DNA of 35,458 nucleotides from Candidatus Fermentibacteraceae bacterium (GTDB lineage: Bacteria; Fermentibacterota; Fermentibacteria; Fermentibacterales; JCC-6), in the NCBI GenBank assembly GCA_041686025.1, contig JAWLEP010000029.1, forward strand, positions 2,776-38,233, written 5' to 3'. Below the pieces are notes generated by a model. It saw only the letters and a program-made list of their open reading frames with translations. It searched no databases and had not been told where the DNA came from. Made by a program: the position numbers and the translations under genes. Shown piece by piece: positions 29,957-35,458 of the stretch. Numbering within the stretch: position 1 is the stretch's first letter; every line of letters starts with the position of its first letter.

Positions 29957-31108
29957 ATGAGATCGCAGCCCACAAGACGAGGCACCGCAGCAGGGGCGGC
30001 CATCACCGCCGCGCTGCTGCTGGCGGCTCTGGCCGGAAGGGGGGCCGCATCGGTGGCGGACAGGATTCCCTACCCCGGCCTGGATGGGATCAGCCTGCCG
30101 GAGGGCTTCGGAATCGAGGTCTACGCCCCGGACGTGCCCGGAGCCAGGTCGCTGTGCCTGGGGAGCGAGGGTACGGTGTTCGTAGGAAGCAGGGGAACCG
30201 GCGCTGTCTACGCCCTCTCCGACACCGACGGAGAGCCGGGAGCCGAGGAGGTCCATGTTCTGGCGGAGGGCCTGAACATGCCCAACGGTGTGGCCTTCCG
30301 TGACGGGGACCTCTACGTGGCCGAGATACACAGGGTGATACGATTCGATGACATCGAGGCCAGCCTGGCCGACCCTCCCGACCCGGTGGTGGTCCGCGAC
30401 GACTTCCCCCGGGACAGGGCCCACGGGTGGAAGTTCATCGCCTTCGGGCCCGACGGCATGCTCTACGTTCCCGTGGGAGCGCCCTGCAACGTCTGCGACC
30501 CCGAGGACTGGCGCTACGGGACCATACTGAGGATGATGCCCGACGGATCCGGCCTCGAGCTCTACGCAGACGGGATACGCAATACGGTGGGATTCGACTG
30601 GCACCCGGAGACGGGGAGGCTCTGGTTCACCGACAACGGCCGCGACGGCATGGGTGACAACGTACCTCCGGACGAGCTGAACAGGGTCACGGAGAGGGGA
30701 CAGCACTTCGGATTTCCCTACCTGCACGGCCGCGACGTACGTGACCCGGAGTTCGGCGACCACGCCGGTCCCAGGGACATCCGTCTGCCGGAGATGGAGC
30801 TGGGCCCGCACGTGGCGGCCCTGGGCATGCGTTTCTATACGGGGGAGATGTTCCCCGAGGAGTACGGGGGCCAGATCTTCATTGCCGAGCATGGCTCCTG
30901 GAACCGCAGCACGCCCCTGGGCTACCGCGTCATGCTGGTGCGGCTGGAGGACGGTGAGGCGGTGAGCTACGAGGTTTTCGCCGAGGGATGGCTTACGGAT
31001 GGGGGAGCCTTCGGCCGGCCGGTGGACGTGCAGGTGATGCCCGACGGGGCGCTGCTGGTCTCCGATGACCGGGCGGGCAGGGTCTACCGCATCCACTACG
31101 GGGGCTGA
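29957..31108 (+). CDS. Exported PQQ-dependent sugar/sorbosone dehydrogenase family beta-propeller
   Basis: HGWKFIAFGPDG.LYVPVGAPCNVC, GIRNTVGFDW, DNGRD, PPDELN, HGSWNR, GRPVDV, LLVSDD. N-terminal signal peptide and GGAGG RBS. Confidence 0.9.
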   Translation: MRSQPTRRGTAAGAAITAALLLAALAGRGAASVADRIPYPGLDGISLPEGFGIEVYAPDVPGARSLCLGSEGTVFVGSRGTGAVYALSDTDGEPGAEEVHVLAEGLNMPNGVAFRDGDLYVAEIHRVIRFDDIEASLADPPDPVVVRDDFPRDRAHGWKFIAFGPDGMLYVPVGAPCNVCDPEDWRYGTILRMMPDGSGLELYADGIRNTVGFDWHPETGRLWFTDNGRDGMGDNVPPDELNRVTERGQHFGFPYLHGRDVRDPEFGDHAGPRDIRLPEMELGPHVAALGMRFYTGEMFPEEYGGQIFIAEHGSWNRSTPLGYRVMLVRLEDGEAVSYEVFAEGWLTDGGAFGRPVDVQVMPDGALLVSDDRAGRVYRIHYGG

Positions 31109-31141
31109 CCCCGCCCGCGCCGTAAGACGCTGTAGTGCGGG

Positions 31142-31555
31142 TCAGTACTCCTCCACCATCTCCTCGGCGGTCTCCACCATCACCACTCCGGTCATGGTGG
31201 TGTAGAGACGGCAGAAGTAGGGGTAGACACCGGTCTCTTCGAAGGTGTGGCTGAAGCGCTCGCCCCGGAAGATCCTGTCGCTGGTGAACTCGCCGTTCTC
31301 GTCACCGGGAAGGCCGTCGGTGATCTCATGCCCGAAGCTGTCCCTGTTGATCCAGGTGACCGTGGCCCCCTCGATGACCCGAAGGGTCTCGGGAACGAAA
31401 GCGCCCTCCTCGATGGAGATGATGTTGTCGTCGACCTCCTCCATCTCCTCTCCGGAGGGGTTGTGGCCGCTGGCGTATGCCACCGCGCTGAGTCCCAGCA
31501 GCAGAGCTGCTCCGCAGACCAGCGTAAATGCCTTGCGTCCTCTTCCTGAGAACAT
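31142..31555 (-). CDS. Exported cupredoxin (plastocyanin/amicyanin-like) with atypical ligand loop
   Basis: FVPETL, GATVTWINRD..GH, FSHTF, G.YPYFCRLYTTMTG; signal peptide. Confidence 0.85.
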   Translation of the reverse strand: MFSGRGRKAFTLVCGAALLLGLSAVAYASGHNPSGEEMEEVDDNIISIEEGAFVPETLRVIEGATVTWINRDSFGHEITDGLPGDENGEFTSDRIFRGERFSHTFEETGVYPYFCRLYTTMTGVVMVETAEEMVEEY

Positions 31556-31615
31556 CTTTCCACCTTTCCGTGTTCGTTTTCTCATCTCGCTCCATGCCCG
31601 CGTCGCGCCTGCCGG

Positions 31616-31935
31616 TCAGCCTCCGGTCTCCATCTCCTCCACCACAGACCGGTAGATCTCGTGGACCACCTGGCGGTCGAACTCCCGGAAGCCTTCCAGA
31701 ATCGACACGTCCTCTTCGTCGGTGAGGTACCTGCGGGCCGCCGGAAAGAAGTCGTCATCCTCCTTGCGGATGTGCTCGGGGTACATGCCCACCAGCTCCC
31801 GAATGCATTCGGCGATGTCGTCCAGCGCCGACTCCTCGCCCCTTCCGATTCGATCCGGGACAGACGCTCCTCCATCCGGGCCATCATCCTCTCGATAAGG
31901 CGGTGCTCGATCATCAGCAGGCTGCGTGCCTGCAT
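31616..31935 (-). pseudogene. Hemerythrin/HHE cation-binding protein with internal deletion and frameshift
   Basis: The first frame reads MQARSLLMIEHRLIERM. After about 31840 another frame reads GEESALDDIAECIRELVGMYPEHIRKEDDDFFPAARRYL...FDRQVVHEIY, stopping at 31616. The central HHxKEE helices are absent. Confidence 0.8.
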
Positions 31936-31950
31936 CCCGCCTACCTCCCC

Positions 31951-32148
31951 TCAGTCCTTCTCGTAATTGATTACGTCCACCGGGCAGGCCTCGGCGGCTT
32001 CCAAGATGCAGTCCCCGTTGGCGTCGAGGTCGGCTCCGCCCTTCACCTCGGCCTTCTCCTCACCCATCTCGAAGACGTCCGGGCACTGGGTCTCGCACAG
32101 TCCGCACAGGGTGCATCCGTCCTCTACCCACACCTTCTTGACAGCCAT
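31951..32148 (-). CDS. Small monocluster [4Fe-4S] ferredoxin
   Basis: CTLCGLCETQCPDVF...EACPVDVI; acidic; GGAGG RBS. Confidence 0.92.
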   Translation of the reverse strand: MAVKKVWVEDGCTLCGLCETQCPDVFEMGEEKAEVKGGADLDANGDCILEAAEACPVDVINYEKD

Positions 32149-32230
32149 TCCATGCCTCCTTCCGTCTGCAGGTCAAATTGTCGCTCGTGCGTCTCAAACC
32201 AGGCACATAGATCCTTACTCGTTGCAAGGT

Positions 32231-32293
32231 GGGCCCGGCCACGCCCTTGGGGCGGGCCGGGCCCCGACCAACCCGCGGGGAGGGACCGCGGGT
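32231..32293 (-). terminator. Tandem GC-rich hairpins after the encapsulin gene
   Basis: acccgcgg/ccgcgggt (32271-32293) and gggcccggcc-a-cgccc/gggcg-ggccgggccc (32231-32264). Confidence 0.55.
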
Positions 32294-33084
32294 CAGCCTC
32301 CTATCGCTATCACCGCCGCCGGCTCCAGTACCCGGAAGGTGAAGGCCTCCGTCAGGTAAAGGGTAACCGATTCGCCGGAGTGTCCCTCGTAGCCGATGGA
32401 GAAGTCGTGGCCCAGGGTGAGCTCCATGTCTCCGCCCCGGATGGAGACCATGAGCGCTCCCTCCAGCTGGGGGCTGTAGTAGAGCGGACCCTCCAGCTGC
32501 TCGCGGATCTTCTTCAGAAGCGGATATCCCCGACTGATGGAGTTGATCTCCAGCCAGGTGTCGCGGCCCACCATCAGCGCGTACGGCCCCTCGATCGAGG
32601 CGTCTATGAAGGCCGCCTTCCCGTCCGCCACGGTGCGGCGCATCCCGTCGGCATCCTCGGGAGCCGGCAGCGTGGTGTCGGCCGCATCGAAGAGGCCCTC
32701 TATCCCGGCCCTCTCCAGTCCGCTGTAGATTGCCCTGTCCTCGAAGGCAGCCGCTTCTGCCGCGGCTTCCTCCAGAGGCTCCAGGTCGGCGTCCTCCGCT
32801 CCCCGGACCACGTTGTCCAGCTCCCATACGTTCAGCTGGAAGGGAACCCGCGTCTCCACCAGCGGCATCACCTTTCGCAGCCCGTAGCCGATACCGCCGT
32901 CGGTGTCCTCCGCCACCTCCAGGCGGCCCAGGTTCACCGCAGCATGCTCCCTACCCAGCGGTCCGGCCACGTCCACGAACCACCTCGCGGAGAGGTGGTT
33001 CTTCAGCACGAGTCTCGCCTGCTCGTCTATCTCCTCCCAGGCCTCGTCCGTTATCGGGGCCAGTCCTCTCTTCAGAATGTCCAT
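32293..33084 (-). CDS. Family 1 encapsulin shell protein (Linocin M18 family)
   Basis: MDILKRGLAPITDEAWEEID, ARWFVDVAGPLG, WELDN..RG, EDRAIY.G, RGGDMEL.LG.D.SIGY, EAFTFRV. Confidence 0.96.
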   Translation of the reverse strand: MDILKRGLAPITDEAWEEIDEQARLVLKNHLSARWFVDVAGPLGREHAAVNLGRLEVAEDTDGGIGYGLRKVMPLVETRVPFQLNVWELDNVVRGAEDADLEPLEEAAAEAAAFEDRAIYSGLERAGIEGLFDAADTTLPAPEDADGMRRTVADGKAAFIDASIEGPYALMVGRDTWLEINSISRGYPLLKKIREQLEGPLYYSPQLEGALMVSIRGGDMELTLGHDFSIGYEGHSGESVTLYLTEAFTFRVLEPAAVIAIGG

Positions 33085-33101
33085 GTCCGCCTCTCCGGTA
33101 T

Positions 33102-33452
33102 CTATCTCAGGCCGCCTATTCCCAGGCTGCCGTCATCGTTCTCTCCGCCACCTTCTTCCTCGTCCTCGTCCTCCAGCTCGGTAATCGGCCGGTCGGTGAA
33201 GAGGTAGGTCCTCAGGTTCTCGTCCCAGGCTGGCATCCTCCTGCGCAGCCACTCGATGGCCATGCAGGCGTGCTCCACCTCCTCGTCGCGGTTGTGCGCC
33301 AGCACGTCCCGCAGGCCGTCGTCGGAGGCCGTGGCCACCCGCTGGTGGTACCAGTCGATGGCCTCCACCTCCTCCTTCAGGCTCACCAGGGCCCTGATGA
33401 TGTCCCTGTCGCTCTGCTCAAGCTCCTCCACCGGCTCGTGGTACTGCGCCAT
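33102..33452 (-). CDS. Encapsulated ferritin (EncFtn/Flp) cargo
   Basis: YHEP, SLKEEVEAIDWYHQR, HNRDEEVEHA, EWLRR, YLFT, acidic linker and C-terminal targeting peptide DGSLGIGGLR. Confidence 0.96.
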   Translation of the reverse strand: MAQYHEPVEELEQSDRDIIRALVSLKEEVEAIDWYHQRVATASDDGLRDVLAHNRDEEVEHACMAIEWLRRRMPAWDENLRTYLFTDRPITELEDEDEEEGGGENDDGSLGIGGLR

Positions 33453-33508
33453 ATCTCAGCCCTTCCGCTGTTCGTGTTTCGCCTCTCGCTGCACGGGAAG
33501 CCCGCCTC

Positions 33509-33958
33509 TCAGGGCGCGTACCGTCCGGAGAGGTCCGCCCGCCCCAGGACATGGCCGTTCATGGCCTTCTCCAGGTCGGCCTTCCGGGCGGAGGAGGGCA
33601 GGTCCATCTCCGTGTCCAGCGCGTAGAGCCTGAACCTGTAGGTGTGCTCCCTGTCGGGGGGGTTGGGTCCTCCGTAACCCGTCTCGCCGTAGTCGGTGGT
33701 GCCCTCCGTTCCGCCCTTGGGGACGGCTCCCTCCGGAACCTCCGCGGCGTCCGGGTCGATGTTCCAGACCACCCAGTGGTCCCAGACCTTGCCGGCGGGC
33801 TCCATGGCGTCCGGGTCGTCCACCACCAGGGCCAGAGACTCGGTTCCCTCCGGAACATCGGCTATCTCCAGCGGGGGGCTTGCGTTGGCCTCCGTGTATC
33901 CGTGCTTCCTCGGTATGGTGCCGCCGTCTTCGAATGCCGGGCTGGAAAGTCTCAACAT
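33509..33958 (-). CDS. YbhB/YbcL (PEBP/RKIP-like) protein
   Basis: LSSPAF..G..IP, SPPL, DDPDA, WDHWVVWNI, YGGPNPP, HTYRFRLYALD. Confidence 0.93.
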   Translation of the reverse strand: MLRLSSPAFEDGGTIPRKHGYTEANASPPLEIADVPEGTESLALVVDDPDAMEPAGKVWDHWVVWNIDPDAAEVPEGAVPKGGTEGTTDYGETGYGGPNPPDREHTYRFRLYALDTEMDLPSSARKADLEKAMNGHVLGRADLSGRYAP

Positions 33959-34004
33959 CTACCTCCTCTGTCTTCTCGGGAATGGCGTCTCGCCGCGCGT
34001 GTCA

Positions 34005-34208
34005 TCACCCAATGTCCTCCCATATCCTTATGGCTTCGCTGGGACACCGGCCGGCCGCCCTCCGGCAGTCCTCCTTATAGCGCCCCGGTACGGTTGCGAC
34101 CTTCACATGGGCCTTCTTGGTCCCGCGCCTGAACTCGAACACCGCCGGACATATCCGTACGCAGAGGCCGGTGGTGTCGCATCTCGTGGGGTCGACGCCG
34201 GCTCTCAT
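34005..34208 (-). CDS. Small monocluster ferredoxin, probable [3Fe-4S] type
   Basis: VDPTRCDTTGLCVRICPAVF...AAGRCPSEAI; the middle Cys of CxxCxxC is replaced by Thr. Confidence 0.8.
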   Translation of the reverse strand: MRAGVDPTRCDTTGLCVRICPAVFEFRRGTKKAHVKVATVPGRYKEDCRRAAGRCPSEAIRIWEDIG

Positions 34209-34420
34209 ACGCTTCCTTCCCGTTGGCCTGCGATCCTCTGCGTCTAGCATTATCCCGGCTTGAGGCGTTCGGGTGAATCGGAGAAACCCCCATTGCGGTC
34301 ACGGGAGAGCCACCAGCGCGGGACGGGGCGGGAGGCGGAAGCCGCACCGATGCGTTATTCTAGGGCTGTTGGCTGGTGGTCCGACCGGCCCGGTGAGGCC
34401 GGACATCCCGGGAGGCGGGT

Positions 34421-35206
34421 TTGATCTACGCTATGGCCGTTCTGGCTTCTCTTTCCGTTCCGGAGGGTACCGTAATCTCCGGTGAGGATACCGTTTCGGT
34501 GGATTCGATGATGGAGGCCCTGGAAGGGGCCGACGTTGTCTTCGTGGGGGAGAAGCACGACGACCCCCTGGCGCACAGATGGGAGCTGTACATCTGGCAG
34601 CGGCTGGCCTCGGACCGCAGGGCCCTGGCCCTGGAGATGTTCGAGACGGACGTGCAGGAGCTGCTGGAGCTCTATCTGGAAGGGGTGCTGGACGAGGAGG
34701 ACCTGCTCTCAAAGGGCAGGCCGTGGGGAAACTACGAGACCGATTACGCGCCCATGGTGCGCTACGCCAGGGAGAACGGCTACAGGGTGATAGCCGCCAA
34801 CGTACCCAGGCGCTACGCCTCCCGGGTGGCCCGGGGGGGATGGGGCGCCATCGCCGGAGAGCCCTTCTTCGACGAGCTGGACGTGGACTCTTCCAGCGAC
34901 GGCTACAGGGAGCGTTTCCTGGCCACCATGGAGGAGATCGGCGACCAGATGCACGCCATGCCCTTCGATTCCATGGACATCTACAGGGCGCAGCTTCTGA
35001 AGGACGCGGTCATGGCGCGGTCGATCCGCGGCAGTAGGTGCGTGTTCGTGTGCGGCGCCTTCCACTGCGACTACCGCTCGGGAGTACCCGACCAGCTGCC
35101 GGCGGAAACCGATTATCTCACGGTGAGGGTGATGGCTGAGGGGGAGGACCCCGACCCGGAGCTGGCGGACTACGTGCTCCTCAGACCCGGCAGCGGGCGG
35201 GAGTAG
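34421..35206 (+). CDS. ChaN-family (EreA/ChaN-like, heme-uptake-associated) protein
   Basis: DVVFVGEKHDD, LALEMF, WGNYETDYAPMV, IAANVPR, AQLLKDAVMA, GAFH. TTG start after GGAGG. Confidence 0.85.
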   Translation: MIYAMAVLASLSVPEGTVISGEDTVSVDSMMEALEGADVVFVGEKHDDPLAHRWELYIWQRLASDRRALALEMFETDVQELLELYLEGVLDEEDLLSKGRPWGNYETDYAPMVRYARENGYRVIAANVPRRYASRVARGGWGAIAGEPFFDELDVDSSSDGYRERFLATMEEIGDQMHAMPFDSMDIYRAQLLKDAVMARSIRGSRCVFVCGAFHCDYRSGVPDQLPAETDYLTVRVMAEGEDPDPELADYVLLRPGSGRE

Positions 35207-35242
35207 GGAAAGCGCCCCCGGGCATTGCCCGGGGACGCTTCC
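35207..35242. terminator. Hairpin between convergent genes
   Basis: ccccgggca-t-tgcccgggg core extended by ggaaagcg/cgcttcc. Confidence 0.6.
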
Positions 35243-35254
35243 GCGGGATTCGGC

Positions 35255-35458
35255 CTAGCCCTGGTACCGGGCGTCGCCGAAGGCCAGTATGGGGTAGAAG
35301 ACTACCGGCAGCAGGATCATGCCGATGGCGAAGCCCGAGCTCTTGCCGAACTGCTCGGCTATGGCCAGCGCTATGATGATGGCGATGATGATGTTCACGA
35401 AGGGTATGAACATCAGTATGATCCACCATTCCGGCTTCTGGGCTATCTGAAGCATCAC
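35255..35458 (-). CDS. DUF5684-like small membrane protein, C-terminal part truncated by window edge
   Basis: KPEWWIILMFIPFVNII...FGKSSGFAIG...FYPILAFGDARYQG. Confidence 0.75.
   Translation of the reverse strand: MMLQIAQKPEWWIILMFIPFVNIIIAIIIALAIAEQFGKSSGFAIGMILLPVVFYPILAFGDARYQG

Noticed and set aside
31142..34208. Additional encapsulin cargo proteins
   Set aside because: No LxIGxL-type targeting peptide at the termini of the ferredoxins, PEBP, hemerythrin remnant or cupredoxin.

Overview
GC-rich bacterial chromosomal window, probably from a diderm anaerobe; taxonomy cannot be fixed from sequence alone. Left to right: (1) the 5' part of a type I-G (I-U) CRISPR-Cas operon on the minus strand (cas3 with C-terminal HD, csx17/cas8g, csb1/cas7, start of csb2/cas5-6), running off the left edge with no array in the window; (2) a secreted M16 peptidase divergent from a pyrG-purF-guaA operon; (3) a hybrid sensor kinase divergent from two Zn-ribbon proteins; (4) a DUF3160 lipoprotein, arfB, arsC and a saccharopine/lysine dehydrogenase; (5) a translationally coupled AmmeMemoRadiSam operon that looks export-associated (small Sec-signal protein, radical SAM AmrS, 60-aa Tat-signal peptide, lipoprotein MEMO1-AMMECR1 fusion, TsaA, degenerate membrane spermidine-synthase-like protein), divergent from a Ub-Mut7C RNase; (6) ogt, a DUF1624/HExxH in-frame fusion and a PQQ-type sugar dehydrogenase; (7) an iron/redox cluster around a family 1 encapsulin and its encapsulated ferritin, with two ferredoxins, a PEBP protein, a deleted hemerythrin, a cupredoxin with a His-to-Tyr ligand change and a divergent ChaN-like protein. 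The best candidate for an undescribed system is the AmmeMemoRadiSam operon, whose radical SAM enzyme seems to lack its usual N-terminal segment while similar segments sit at the ends of two flanking small exported peptides. All family calls are from motif recognition by eye; no searches were run.
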